From a virus, in the IMG/VR virus record IMGVR_UViG_3300027973_000048, positions 10,067-74,066 of that record: a stretch of 64,000 nt of DNA; one strand, 5' to 3'. Below, piece by piece: positions 23,974-33,922 of this stretch (positions are counted from its first letter, which is position 1; every line of letters starts with the position of its first letter). A program made the position numbers and the translations under genes. The notes under the pieces were generated by a model. It saw only the letters and a list, made by a program, of their open reading frames with translations. It had not been told where the DNA came from and searched no databases.

Positions 23974-24817
23974 AGTCAGCGAACTGTTTTATTCAATCCA
24001 AGGGGAAGGACGCTATATGGGTGTCCCTTCTGTATTTTTACGCACATTTGGCTGCAACTTTACCTGTGATGGGTTTGGCATGCCACGTGGTGAAAAAAGC
24101 CTTGAAAGAGTTAATGTGGCACTAATAGATGAAGAACAACCTTTTAAAAACTATAAAGACTTGCCTCTTGTATCCACGGGCTGTGATAGTTATGCTAGTT
24201 GGGATCCTAACTTCAAGCATCTTAGCCCTTTATATGATGTGGGTAATCTTGCAAATGATATTGTGGACCTACTACCACACAAAACGTGGAACGAAGAACA
24301 CCTTGTCATCACAGGAGGAGAACCTCTCTTAGGTTGGCAACGTAGCTATCCTGAACTGCTAGACGTAGATTCAATGATAAGATTGCGTCACTTAACTTTT
24401 GAAACTAATGGCACTCAAAAATTAACTTCAGATTTTAAAAATTATTTGATTAATTGGAGTGATAGGCTTCATAAACAAAGAGAAGTCACATTTAGTGTCA
24501 GTGCCAAACTGCCAGTGAGTGGAGAAAAGTGGGAAGATGCTATACTTCCCGAAGTAGTGTGTGACTATGAAAAAGTCGGTTATACTTACTTGAAATTTGT
24601 CATAGCAAGCGAAGAGGATTTACTAGATGCACGTCAAGCAGTCAAACAGTATAGAAATTATGGCTTTAAAGGCCCTGTGTATATTATGCCTGTCGGCGGC
24701 ATTGAGCGGGTGTACAGTCTTAATAATAGGCGTGTGGCAGAAATGGCAATGCGAGAAGGATGGCGGTATAGTGACCGACTTCAAGTGCCATTATTTAAAA
24801 ACGAATGGGGAACCTAA
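23960..24817 (+). CDS. queE: 7-carboxy-7-deazaguanine synthase (radical SAM)
   Basis: ELFYSIQGEG, FLRTFGCNFTC...CDS, ITGGEP, FETNG and RLQ. Confidence 0.93.
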   Translation: MSKIKVSELFYSIQGEGRYMGVPSVFLRTFGCNFTCDGFGMPRGEKSLERVNVALIDEEQPFKNYKDLPLVSTGCDSYASWDPNFKHLSPLYDVGNLANDIVDLLPHKTWNEEHLVITGGEPLLGWQRSYPELLDVDSMIRLRHLTFETNGTQKLTSDFKNYLINWSDRLHKQREVTFSVSAKLPVSGEKWEDAILPEVVCDYEKVGYTYLKFVIASEEDLLDARQAVKQYRNYGFKGPVYIMPVGGIERVYSLNNRRVAEMAMREGWRYSDRLQVPLFKNEWGT

Positions 24818-25485
24818 TGAAAACACTAACTGAGATTTTTGAAAATGACCTAACTTTCCACTGTGACAAGTATGGATCATATTTGCCTGTATATGAACAA
24901 TACTTTGAAAAATATCGAGATCGTCATATCAACTTTGTGGAAGTTGGCATCCAAGGTGGCGGCAGTTTGGAAATGTGGAAAAAATATTTCGGTGACAAAG
25001 CCAAAATTATTGGCATTGACATTGATCCCACTGTATATGAAAGACAAACTCCTGGCACAGAGATTGCCATTGGTAATCAAGAAGACGTAAACTTTTGGAA
25101 TATGATACTGCCTAAAATTGGTCCAATTCATGCATTCATTGATGACGGTGGTCACCAAATGAAACAACAGATTAATACCTTATTAGCAGTATGGCCCAAA
25201 ATTGTCAATGGCGGCGTATACATTTGTGAAGACACTCATACTAGTTATTGGTCTGACTGGGGTAACGGTGTAGGCAGAGAATGGACCATGATGGAATTTG
25301 CCAAAAAGATTCTTGACATGGTAAATTTTGTACACTGGCATGAATACCCAGAAGACTTGGGTGTATTAAGTAAATTTCAAGATATTGGTTCAGTTTGTTT
25401 TTATAATAGCATGATAGTGTTTACTAAAGGCCAACCAGAATGGATCAGACCAAAACCCTATCCAAATCCATTAGCAGGTCGATGA
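24817..25485 (+). CDS. SAM-dependent (sugar O-) methyltransferase-like
   Basis: EVGIQGGGSL, GIDID, IDDGGH and GGVYICED. Confidence 0.85.
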   Translation: MKTLTEIFENDLTFHCDKYGSYLPVYEQYFEKYRDRHINFVEVGIQGGGSLEMWKKYFGDKAKIIGIDIDPTVYERQTPGTEIAIGNQEDVNFWNMILPKIGPIHAFIDDGGHQMKQQINTLLAVWPKIVNGGVYICEDTHTSYWSDWGNGVGREWTMMEFAKKILDMVNFVHWHEYPEDLGVLSKFQDIGSVCFYNSMIVFTKGQPEWIRPKPYPNPLAGR

Positions 25486-26033
25486 TGAGAAAAATATTAG
25501 TATTAGGTTGTGGCAAAAAAACTCTTTTAGATTTTGAGCATGACGAGGTAGTCACTGTAGATTTAAATGAAAGTGTAGGAGCCACAGTAGTTCATAACTT
25601 AGATGCATATCCATGGCCTTTTGATGACAACACTTTTGATGTAATTTTAATGGATAATGTTTTAGAACATTTGACCGACATAGTTAAAACTATGGAAGAA
25701 TTACATAGAGTCAGTAAAAATAATGCCACTATTACTGTTATAGTTCCCTATTTTCGTAGCAAATGGGCCTGTGTAGACCCAACACATAAACATTTTTTTA
25801 CTGCTGACACATTGAGCTATTTTATCGATGGTCACATATATCATGAAAGATATGCCTATAGCACTTGTAAATTTCGAATGCTCAGTAAAAAATTTAATGA
25901 AGGCATTGATCAAACTTGGTTTCAACAACTGTTAATTCCTATAGCTGAACAATATACTGAATTTTATGAAAATAAAATTAGTCCTATTTTTCCATTGGAA
26001 ACATTAACATATCATTTGGAAACTATAAAATGA
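25482..26033 (+). CDS. Class I SAM-dependent methyltransferase
   Basis: LGCG, PWPFDDNTFD, VLEHL and DPTH. Confidence 0.85.
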   Translation: MMRKILVLGCGKKTLLDFEHDEVVTVDLNESVGATVVHNLDAYPWPFDDNTFDVILMDNVLEHLTDIVKTMEELHRVSKNNATITVIVPYFRSKWACVDPTHKHFFTADTLSYFIDGHIYHERYAYSTCKFRMLSKKFNEGIDQTWFQQLLIPIAEQYTEFYENKISPIFPLETLTYHLETIK

Positions 26034-26479
26034 AAAATTTCTTAAAAAGAATCTTTGGTATTACTCGAATGGAGGAATCCATTGCGGAAATACAAAAATT
26101 AAAGGAAGCTAAAGAAGCCGAAGTTCAAAGAGCAGAAGAAGCTGCTAAACGAGCATTGGAAGAGGAAGCTATTGCTAAAATGACTCCAAAGGAACGTGCC
26201 TCACAACGTGGCGAACCTTGGGTAGGTGTGCTGGAAACACATATCAATAAGGAAAACGTTCGTAATGGCTTCTTTGAGCTTGACTGGAACGATGAATTCA
26301 TTGTACAATTGAGGAAAGCAGGATATGGATACGACGCTGATCCACAAGAAGAAATTGTGGATCGCTGGTTCCGTGATCTTGCTCGCAACGTGCTAGCCGA
26401 AGAAGGTCAGGACGTTGGTCGTGGTGCTGGATATATTAACATAAACAAACTTGGTGGCGGACGTTCCGAAGTCAAATGA
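26030..26479 (+). CDS. Hypothetical protein
   Basis: 149 aa; coiled coil plus a GFFELDWN domain. Confidence 0.75.
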   Translation: MKNFLKRIFGITRMEESIAEIQKLKEAKEAEVQRAEEAAKRALEEEAIAKMTPKERASQRGEPWVGVLETHINKENVRNGFFELDWNDEFIVQLRKAGYGYDADPQEEIVDRWFRDLARNVLAEEGQDVGRGAGYININKLGGGRSEVK

Positions 26480-27444
26480 CATACATTTTAGTTGATACTG
26501 CGAATACTTTTTTTCGTTCTAGACACGCAATTAATGGCAGCGCAGATATAAAACTGGGCATGGCCTTTCATATTACCCTAAACAGCATTAAAAAAGCTTG
26601 GACTGACTTTGATGGCAGCCATTTAGTGTTCTGTTTAGAAGGTCGAAGCTGGCGTAAGGACTATTACGCACCTTATAAACGTAATAGAGCTGAATCTAGA
26701 GCTGCTGCCAGCGAACGTGAACAAGAAGAAGATCGTATTTTCTGGGAAGCCTTTGATACTTTTAAAGATTTCATAGCAGAAAAAACCAATGCCACCGTAT
26801 TGCAAAATCCACAACTAGAAGCAGATGATCTTATTGCTGGCTTTATTCAAAGTCATCCCGACGATGATCATGTTATTATTAGCACAGACAGCGATTTTAT
26901 CCAACTAATTGCTCCTAATGTACGTCAATATAACGGCATTAGCGAAACTACCTATACACACGAAGGTATTTTTGATAAAAAAGGCAAACGTGTAATTGAC
27001 AAAAAGACCAATGTGGAAAAAGATCTAATTGATCCAGAATGGGTGTTATTTGAAAAATGTATGCGTGGTGATCCCACTGACAATGTGTTCAGTGCCTATC
27101 CTAAAGTGCGTAAAAATAAACTATTAGAAGCATATAATGATCGTAATCGTCGTGGATTTGCTTGGAATAACCTAATGCTACAACGTTGGGTAGATCATAA
27201 CGGCGAAGAACATCGTGTATTAGATGATTACGAACGTAATCGTAGACTTATTGACCTAAAACATCAACCCGATGATATTAAACAAATCATTAACGAAACT
27301 ATTACAGCCAAAAGCCAACCTAAAAACATCAGTCAAGTTGGTATTAGACTTATGAAGTTTTGTAATCTATATGATTTAAAAAGAATTACTGAAAATATTC
27401 AGCAATATGCTGATGCATTTCAAGCTAACTATCCTGCGGAGTAA
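26476..27444 (+). CDS. rnh: RNase H / 5'-3' flap exonuclease (T4 rnh-like)
   Basis: ILVD, SWRKDYYAPYKRNR, EADDLIA, ISTDSDF and GDPTDNV. Confidence 0.92.
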   Translation: MTYILVDTANTFFRSRHAINGSADIKLGMAFHITLNSIKKAWTDFDGSHLVFCLEGRSWRKDYYAPYKRNRAESRAAASEREQEEDRIFWEAFDTFKDFIAEKTNATVLQNPQLEADDLIAGFIQSHPDDDHVIISTDSDFIQLIAPNVRQYNGISETTYTHEGIFDKKGKRVIDKKTNVEKDLIDPEWVLFEKCMRGDPTDNVFSAYPKVRKNKLLEAYNDRNRRGFAWNNLMLQRWVDHNGEEHRVLDDYERNRRLIDLKHQPDDIKQIINETITAKSQPKNISQVGIRLMKFCNLYDLKRITENIQQYADAFQANYPAE

Positions 27445-27446
27445 AA

Positions 27447-27920
27447 ATGAATAGTATTCAAGCCAAACCCATCGTTGATGGTGTATTATGGATTGTAGAA
27501 CAAGACGGTGTCAAAGTAGGCACATTACATAAAAAAGAAAACAATCAGTATACTTTAAGCTCAAAAAATGGCGAATATGTTTTTCCTAAAAAGTCAGACA
27601 TAACTAAAGAATTTGGAAGAGAATTTTTTATAAAAGGAATTGATACTACCGTATCAAGAGCTGTTCCATATGAGTGTTATGGATATCCCACCAAATGGGA
27701 ACCATTTAACAGCATTTACAATGTTCGAAATAAACTTCCATTGTTTACCAAAAGTAATCAAAGTAAAAGTTTATTCTGTGCAGGTCATTATATTATTAAA
27801 TTTCCTAAAAATTGGGTTAAAAGTTTCTGCCCTAAATTAATTACCATTGAAAGATATCCTTACGAAGGGCCTTTTAAAACAGAAGAGGAATCTAGGGGAG
27901 CATTAGCCAATGCAAAATAA
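27447..27920 (+). CDS. Hypothetical protein
   Basis: 157 aa; GGAG RBS. Confidence 0.75.
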   Translation: MNSIQAKPIVDGVLWIVEQDGVKVGTLHKKENNQYTLSSKNGEYVFPKKSDITKEFGREFFIKGIDTTVSRAVPYECYGYPTKWEPFNSIYNVRNKLPLFTKSNQSKSLFCAGHYIIKFPKNWVKSFCPKLITIERYPYEGPFKTEEESRGALANAK

Positions 27921-28155
27921 ACCTATTAATACATTTCCTTTGCAACAATTCATTGAACAAGTAAAAATTGCCACAATGAGTCAACAAAGAGAAATCAAGT
28001 TGGACATACATACCGCAAAGACATTGGCATTTACCATTGGAGAAGTTAATTCTAAGCTACTACAGGACTATGACAAACTGCTAACGGAGTTAAAATCCAA
28101 TAATAACAATGACTTAATTGAATTGAAAATGGACGGAGGGGGCTTTTCACAATGA
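27910..28155 (+). CDS. Hypothetical protein
   Basis: 81 aa ending MDGGGF. Confidence 0.7.
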   Translation: MQNKPINTFPLQQFIEQVKIATMSQQREIKLDIHTAKTLAFTIGEVNSKLLQDYDKLLTELKSNNNNDLIELKMDGGGFSQ

Positions 28156-28162
28156 TTTTGGA

Positions 28163-28168
28163 TAAATA
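28163..28168 (+). promoter_or_regulatory. Late promoter core TAAATA within a small inverted repeat
   Basis: TGGATAA-atatac-TTATCCA upstream of 28189. Confidence 0.45.
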
Positions 28169-28188
28169 TACTTATCCAGGATCATACC

Positions 28189-28479
28189 ATGAGTCGCCCA
28201 AAACCAAAAATTTTACTAGAACATACTAATAAAAAGAATTTCAAAACAGATCAAATTTTGGAAGCAGAGGCTATTTGGGCTGTATTCTACAAAAATAGCC
28301 CTTTTAACTTGAAAAGTTTTAGCAGTGTAGTCAGTTATCCTGGACCTAAATATAAAAAAACAGCATTTAGCAATCCAGGACATGCTATTAACTTAGCAAA
28401 AAAACTTAACTTAGAATTTCATTGCCAAGACTTTACCGTAGTTGTACTAACTTCTGGTCAAACTCTTAAAGATGAATAG
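28189..28479 (+). CDS. Hypothetical basic protein
   Basis: 96 aa MSRPKPKILLE...GPKYKKTAFSNPGHA. Confidence 0.75.
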   Translation: MSRPKPKILLEHTNKKNFKTDQILEAEAIWAVFYKNSPFNLKSFSSVVSYPGPKYKKTAFSNPGHAINLAKKLNLEFHCQDFTVVVLTSGQTLKDE

Positions 28480-28870
28480 TCTAACATACACTAAAATATT
28501 CCTAACAACCAAAGAACGATCCTGCGATGAAGTCAATGTGAAACTTCATCATAAAATTTGGTGGCAAAATACCCGTACTAAAGCCAAAGGTGGACTACGT
28601 CTAACTGACAAAGGCTACGAATTTTTGGTAAAAGAATTGGATTTGAAAGAATATGAAATTCCATTTACCGAAGATATTGAATTAAGTCCCCAAATTATTA
28701 TCTTTTTTGATCAGTTTTTGGATTGTCCGTACTATCTTACCCACCGTAGTCTCACTGTTTTCTCCGAGAAAAAGGCGTTTGAACTACACTTGTTCTCCGA
28801 TGATATACGCAAATTTGGCTTGATGAAGGCTATGAAAGCTAGGCGATCAGACGAAAAACCACTTGACTAG
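28472..28870 (+). CDS. Hypothetical protein
   Basis: 132 aa; LRLTDKG resembles the wing of a winged helix. Confidence 0.7.
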   Translation: MNSLTYTKIFLTTKERSCDEVNVKLHHKIWWQNTRTKAKGGLRLTDKGYEFLVKELDLKEYEIPFTEDIELSPQIIIFFDQFLDCPYYLTHRSLTVFSEKKAFELHLFSDDIRKFGLMKAMKARRSDEKPLD

Positions 28871-28891
28871 AAAGGCAAGTTCGCTTATAAT
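28863..28891 (+). promoter_or_regulatory. Sigma70-type promoter
   Basis: TTGACT-17-TATAAT. Confidence 0.8.
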
Positions 28892-28934
28892 AAGAACATA
28901 GCAAATTTATTTCAACTTAACAAGGAAACAAGCT

Positions 28935-30026
28935 ATGTCCGAGATTATTAGTCGCACCGTTGGTCCCCGAGATGCCAAACGTGCAATTCAAAAATGCTTC
29001 AATAAACAACGCCCTCTGTTCCTTTGGGGACCTGCTGGCATTGGTAAATCAGATATTGTTAAACAAATTGGTGAAGACGTCGGTGCTCATGTCATCGACA
29101 TCCGCTTGAGCCTTTGGGAACCCACTGATATTAAAGGCGTTCCTTACTTCGATTCTAACAGTGGCAAAATGCTTTGGGCACCTCCCAGCGAACTGCCCGA
29201 CGAAGAAATGGCCAAAGAACACAAAAAGATCATCCTCTTTTTGGATGAAATGAACAGTGCTCCTGGTAGCACTCAAGCTGCCGCTTATCAGCTTATTCTT
29301 AATCGTCGCATTGGCACTTATCGCTTGCCGGACAATGTAGTAATTGTAGCTGCTGGTAACCGTGAAGCAGATCGTGGCGTTACTTATCGTATGCCAGCCC
29401 CATTGAGCAACCGCTTTATTCACTTGGAATTGCGTGTTGATTGGGATGACTACGCTTTTTGGGCTACCGAAAATCGTATCCATAAGGATGTAGTTGGCTT
29501 TTTGACTTTCTCAAAGAAAGATCTTCATGACTTTGATCCTAAGTCTGCTTCAAAGGCATTTGCCACTCCACGTAGCTGGACTTTTGTGTCCGAACTACTG
29601 GAGGACGATGACACTGACGAAACCACTCTAACTAACCTTATTTCAGGTGCAGTTGGTGAAGGTCTTGCAATCAAATTTATGGCACATCGTAAAATTTCCA
29701 GCAAGATGCCAGACCCTACTGACATTTTGAATGGCAAGGTTAAAAAAATGGAATCGCGTGAGATTAGTGCAATGTACTCTTTGGCAGTTAGCCTCTGTTA
29801 CGAACTTAAAGATTCCAGCGACAAACGAGCAAAGACTTGGGATAAACAAGTCAATAACTTCTTCCGTTTTATCATGGATAATTTTGAAACTGAATTAGTT
29901 ATTATGAGCACTAAACTTGCTCTTACCCAATATCAATTGCCTCTGGATCCAGACGAGATTGATTGCTTTGATGAGTTCCATACTAAGTTTGGTAAGTACA
30001 TTTCGGCAGCTACCGAAAAGAAGTGA
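28935..30026 (+). CDS. MoxR-like AAA+ ATPase
   Basis: Walker A GPAGIGKS, Walker B LFLDEMN, AAGN, LSNRF and TPRSW. Confidence 0.92.
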   Translation: MSEIISRTVGPRDAKRAIQKCFNKQRPLFLWGPAGIGKSDIVKQIGEDVGAHVIDIRLSLWEPTDIKGVPYFDSNSGKMLWAPPSELPDEEMAKEHKKIILFLDEMNSAPGSTQAAAYQLILNRRIGTYRLPDNVVIVAAGNREADRGVTYRMPAPLSNRFIHLELRVDWDDYAFWATENRIHKDVVGFLTFSKKDLHDFDPKSASKAFATPRSWTFVSELLEDDDTDETTLTNLISGAVGEGLAIKFMAHRKISSKMPDPTDILNGKVKKMESREISAMYSLAVSLCYELKDSSDKRAKTWDKQVNNFFRFIMDNFETELVIMSTKLALTQYQLPLDPDEIDCFDEFHTKFGKYISAATEKK

Positions 30027-30037
30027 AAATTTACCAC

Positions 30038-30066
30038 TTGACACCGCCTTCGGGCGGTGTTATACT
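30038..30066 (+). promoter_or_regulatory. Sigma70 promoter overlapping a cUUCGg hairpin
   Basis: TTGACA-17-TATACT; ACACCGCC-TTCG-GGCGGTGT at 30041-30060. Confidence 0.75.
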
Positions 30067-30090
30067 ATATACATTATATAGGAGAACACT

Positions 30091-31263
30091 ATGCAACATT
30101 CATTAGATCCCGTCGTTGACAAAATTATCGTAGCCCGAGTAGGTCTCCTACTTCGTCATCCATTTTTTGGTAACATGGCTACTCGTCTTAAAGTTATTGA
30201 TGCTACTGAATGGTGCGCCACTGCTGCCACGGATGGTCGGGCACTTTACTACAATCGAAACTTTTTTGAAGACTTGACCAATAAACAAGTTGAATTTGTT
30301 ATTGGTCACGAAATCCTCCATAACGTTTTTGACCATTTGGGTCGTAACGAAGGTCGTAATCGTAAAGTATTCAACATTGCCGCTGACTATTGCGTAAACG
30401 GTCAATTGATTCGTGACCATATTGGCGAGCAGCCTCCAAAGATTCCTATCTTCCATGATCCCCAACATTATGGCAAGAGCGCAGAGCAAGTATACGACGA
30501 GCTCATGGAAAAATATGATGATCAAGAACTAGATGCATTGGGTAAGCTACTTGACGAACATATTGACTGGGACAAAGAAGGCGAAAATGGACGCCCGCAA
30601 TATACTAAAGAAGAGCTCAAGGCCATCCGTGACGAGATCCGTGAAGCCACTATCCAAGCAGCCAACGCCGCAGGTGCAGGCAACACTCCCGCAGGCGTAG
30701 CTCGTCTTATTAAGGATCTTACCGAGCCTAAAATTAATTGGCGACAATACCTACGTCAACAAATTCAAAGTTTGATCAAGTCTGATTTCAGTTTTACTCG
30801 TCCCAATCGCAAAGGTTGGGGGCTAGGTGCTGTACTGCCCAGTATGAAAAATGAAGAAACCATTGATGTTTGTGTTGGCTTGGACATGAGCGGAAGTATT
30901 ACTGACGCAATGGGCAAGGACATGTTGAGCGAAATCAAAGGCATCATGGACGAGTACAAAGACTTCAAAGTGAAGATTTGGTGTTTTGACACCAGTGTTT
31001 ACAATGAACAAGACTTTGACAGCTATGAAAACGAAATTGAAAACTACGAACTTAAAGGCGGTGGCGGCACTGACTTTGATGCCAATTGGACATATATGAA
31101 AGAGCATAATATTACTCCAAAGAAGTTTATTATGTTTACTGATGGCTATCCATATGGATCTTGGGGTGACGAGCACTATTGCGATACACTGTTTATTATT
31201 CATGGTAATCAAAACATTGTTCCTCCCTTTGGACAATATGCCTATTACGAAGAAGCTAAGTAA
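30091..31263 (+). CDS. Metallopeptidase-VWA protein (DUF2201-like), partner of the AAA ATPase
   Basis: TAATDG, HEILH, MIDAS DMSGS, GGGGTDF and FTDG. Confidence 0.9.
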   Translation: MQHSLDPVVDKIIVARVGLLLRHPFFGNMATRLKVIDATEWCATAATDGRALYYNRNFFEDLTNKQVEFVIGHEILHNVFDHLGRNEGRNRKVFNIAADYCVNGQLIRDHIGEQPPKIPIFHDPQHYGKSAEQVYDELMEKYDDQELDALGKLLDEHIDWDKEGENGRPQYTKEELKAIRDEIREATIQAANAAGAGNTPAGVARLIKDLTEPKINWRQYLRQQIQSLIKSDFSFTRPNRKGWGLGAVLPSMKNEETIDVCVGLDMSGSITDAMGKDMLSEIKGIMDEYKDFKVKIWCFDTSVYNEQDFDSYENEIENYELKGGGGTDFDANWTYMKEHNITPKKFIMFTDGYPYGSWGDEHYCDTLFIIHGNQNIVPPFGQYAYYEEAK

Positions 31264-31541
31264 TGGCCCTAAAGAACGGCAAGCCTAATCCATTAAATTT
31301 ATTAGGTTTACGGCGAGTAGACTTTCCTGCTCGCCATTTTCATTATACTACGTTAGGACATAAACCGCCCGATAAAATCCAATCTATTAATGAATGGATC
31401 TACCATAATTTAAATGGTAGATATTACTTGGCTATGAAACTAGCGTTAGACAATACCAATAGCATACGCTATGAAACAAATCTTGGATTTGAAGAAGAAA
31501 AAGAATTAAGTTTCTTTTTGCTGTCTTATTCAGATTTATAA
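31263..31541 (+). CDS. Hypothetical protein
   Basis: 92 aa; TAATG overlap with the upstream stop. Confidence 0.7.
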   Translation: MALKNGKPNPLNLLGLRRVDFPARHFHYTTLGHKPPDKIQSINEWIYHNLNGRYYLAMKLALDNTNSIRYETNLGFEEEKELSFFLLSYSDL

Positions 31542-31592
31542 TCTTTAATTTTTTAGAAAAGATATATAATAGTACACTTTTAAGGAGACATT

Positions 31593-31814
31593 ATGAACAA
31601 ACCACCAATGAAACAACAACAAGAGCCAGTAGAAGAACAAGAAGTAGATGTTGCTGAAGATCTTAACATTAACGATCTCAATGCATTAAAACAAATTATT
31701 GAAGTAACTAATAGCCGTGGTAGCTATAAAGCTGCTGAAATGGAAGCTGTTGGCAAAGTTTATAACAAACTAAGCAAATTTTTAGGTCAAGCAACAGCAT
31801 CCAAGGAAGAATAA
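31593..31814 (+). CDS. Hypothetical protein
   Basis: 73 aa; AAGGAG RBS. Confidence 0.75.
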   Translation: MNKPPMKQQQEPVEEQEVDVAEDLNINDLNALKQIIEVTNSRGSYKAAEMEAVGKVYNKLSKFLGQATASKEE

Positions 31815-31815
31815 A

Positions 31816-32415
31816 ATGGTTAGTTTAAAACATGTTGGAAGATTTGTTGGCAATGGCAGAAAATGTCTTGTAGCATACAGAACTCTTCCTGGTGATGCAT
31901 ATAACTGTCTAGTAATTCCTACTGAAGCATTAGACGATCGGTATCATGATGCATTAATTCAATTAGTAGAATCTAATTCTGCACAAACAGCCAATGAGTT
32001 TGCCGAAGTATTGGCCAGAACTACTTTCCCTGATGGTAGTATTATGTTGGCTGCATTGCATACTCAAGGTAAATTGATGAGAGTTGCCACTGATCAAATT
32101 GAAATGATCCCTAATTTTCAAACTAAAATTAAATTAGATCAACTCAATGTGGTCATTGCTGAACAAATGGGCGTGGCCGTAGACGACTTGTCCATTAAAG
32201 AAGATCTCAAAAATAAAAAAAGAGACGATGTTGAAATTGTTGAAGTAGCCACTGTTACTGAAACTCCCATGCCTGTCGTAGAAGAGAATTTTGAAGACAT
32301 GCCAGTAGAACAACGTGCTACTAAACTGAGGGGCCAGGCTGATAAATTAGCCAAACAGGCTGCCGAACTACGTCGTCAAGCTGAAGCATTGGTGCCAACT
32401 AAAAAAAGAAAATGA
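31816..32415 (+). CDS. Hypothetical protein
   Basis: 199 aa with a C-terminal coiled coil. Confidence 0.75.
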   Translation: MVSLKHVGRFVGNGRKCLVAYRTLPGDAYNCLVIPTEALDDRYHDALIQLVESNSAQTANEFAEVLARTTFPDGSIMLAALHTQGKLMRVATDQIEMIPNFQTKIKLDQLNVVIAEQMGVAVDDLSIKEDLKNKKRDDVEIVEVATVTETPMPVVEENFEDMPVEQRATKLRGQADKLAKQAAELRRQAEALVPTKKRK

Positions 32416-32726
32416 CCATCAAAAAACTTTCAAAGGATGTCATTGAAAGTTGGCCCGAAATTTTCGAAGATGTTGAACTTAATGTAGTACCGTTGAAGTA
32501 TCTATGCTCTATACAGGTCAAATTTAAAGACAAAAGAATTTGGAATATAGACATAGGTAAAAACCTACGGGATGATAATTGGCAAATTGTCCAAGAAAAT
32601 ATTCAAGAAATGATTTTGAATTACAAAGAACATATATCAAGCATAGATTTTAAATTAGACACAGACAAGATTAAAAAAGATATTAGTCGAGAAACAACTA
32701 AATTCCTTAGAAAAAGAAAACTATGA
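32412..32726 (+). CDS. Hypothetical protein
   Basis: 104 aa; ATGA overlaps at both ends. Confidence 0.7.
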   Translation: MTIKKLSKDVIESWPEIFEDVELNVVPLKYLCSIQVKFKDKRIWNIDIGKNLRDDNWQIVQENIQEMILNYKEHISSIDFKLDTDKIKKDISRETTKFLRKRKL

Positions 32727-33391
32727 ATGTTAAATTAATTTCCTATAGTCAACCCACAGAAGAAATGAAAAATTTGGGTATTGATACTGCACAGGAATTG
32801 GTAGCGTATTGCGCTAGAGTTAGTAATCCTAGTAATCAACTTAACACAGAAACCAGTGAAAAACTAATCAAATATTTGATTAAACATCAACACTGGAGCC
32901 CTCTTGAAATGGCTTCAGCCTGTATGGAGATTACCACTACTAGAGATATTGCTCGGCAAATATTGCGTCATCGTAGCTTCAGTTTTCAAGAGTTTAGTCA
33001 ACGCTACGCTGACCCTACTAAAGATCTTAATTTTGTCACTAGAGAGGCTAGGCTACAAGATGATAAAAATAGGCAAAATAGTGTAGAAGTTGAAGATCAC
33101 TTACTGCAAAATGATTGGTATCGTGCTCAACAACGAGTTATCTATGCGGCACGTCGTGAATACGAATGGGCAATTGAGAACGGTATTGCCAAAGAGCAAG
33201 CTCGTGCAGTATTGCCCGAAGGACTAATCGAAAGTCGTCTTTATATGAATGGAACCCTACGTAGCTGGATTCATTTTATTGAACTGCGTAGTGCTAATGG
33301 TACTCAAAAAGAACATCAAGAAGTAGCCTTAGCCTGTGCAGAAGCTATTGCCAATATTTTCCCATTAACTTCCAGTCTTGTAGCCAATTAA
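32723..33391 (+). CDS. thyX: Flavin-dependent thymidylate synthase
   Basis: RHRSFSFQEFSQRY ThyX signature, HWSPLE and EQARAVLP. Confidence 0.96.
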   Translation: MNVKLISYSQPTEEMKNLGIDTAQELVAYCARVSNPSNQLNTETSEKLIKYLIKHQHWSPLEMASACMEITTTRDIARQILRHRSFSFQEFSQRYADPTKDLNFVTREARLQDDKNRQNSVEVEDHLLQNDWYRAQQRVIYAARREYEWAIENGIAKEQARAVLPEGLIESRLYMNGTLRSWIHFIELRSANGTQKEHQEVALACAEAIANIFPLTSSLVAN

Positions 33392-33922
33392 CATAAATCT
33401 AGAAAACTCTTTATCTGGATATTTAAACTTCTTTTCTGATCTATAAAGATTAGTCAAAGGGTAACGCTCTACTAACTGATCTAAGCTGAAACAATAATCA
33501 TGATCATCGTCATCATCATGAATTTGATCAGTACTTTGAATTACCACTAATTGATTGGTAATTTTATCAAACCATTGTCTATCAACAATATGTTCAGCTG
33601 ATGTATTAATAATTACATCAAACTCTGAAAAGTCTACTTGATTAGCGTCTTGGGTATGTGCTTTAAATTGCCAACCATTACATACCCAAGCATTATTGAT
33701 TCGATCTGCTATAGATTCAACTTTTGAATCTATGTCAAAGGATCTAATGTGTTTGATATCTACAGCACGTCTACTTAATAGTAGAAAAGCCAATACACCA
33801 TACCATCCACCCAATATTGCGATACGACTATTACTAGGCATAATAGATTCCAATCTTTCGCATAACCAAATTTTACTTTCAACTTGACCATGGCTAAATG
33901 CTGTAAAATCAATCATTGTCAA
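33365..33922 (-). CDS. SAM-dependent methyltransferase-like protein
   Basis: ILGGWYG, SFDID and VIINTSAEH. Confidence 0.7.
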   Translation of the reverse strand: MTMIDFTAFSHGQVESKIWLCERLESIMPSNSRIAILGGWYGVLAFLLLSRRAVDIKHIRSFDIDSKVESIADRINNAWVCNGWQFKAHTQDANQVDFSEFDVIINTSAEHIVDRQWFDKITNQLVVIQSTDQIHDDDDDHDYCFSLDQLVERYPLTNLYRSEKKFKYPDKEFSRFMLIGYKTGS

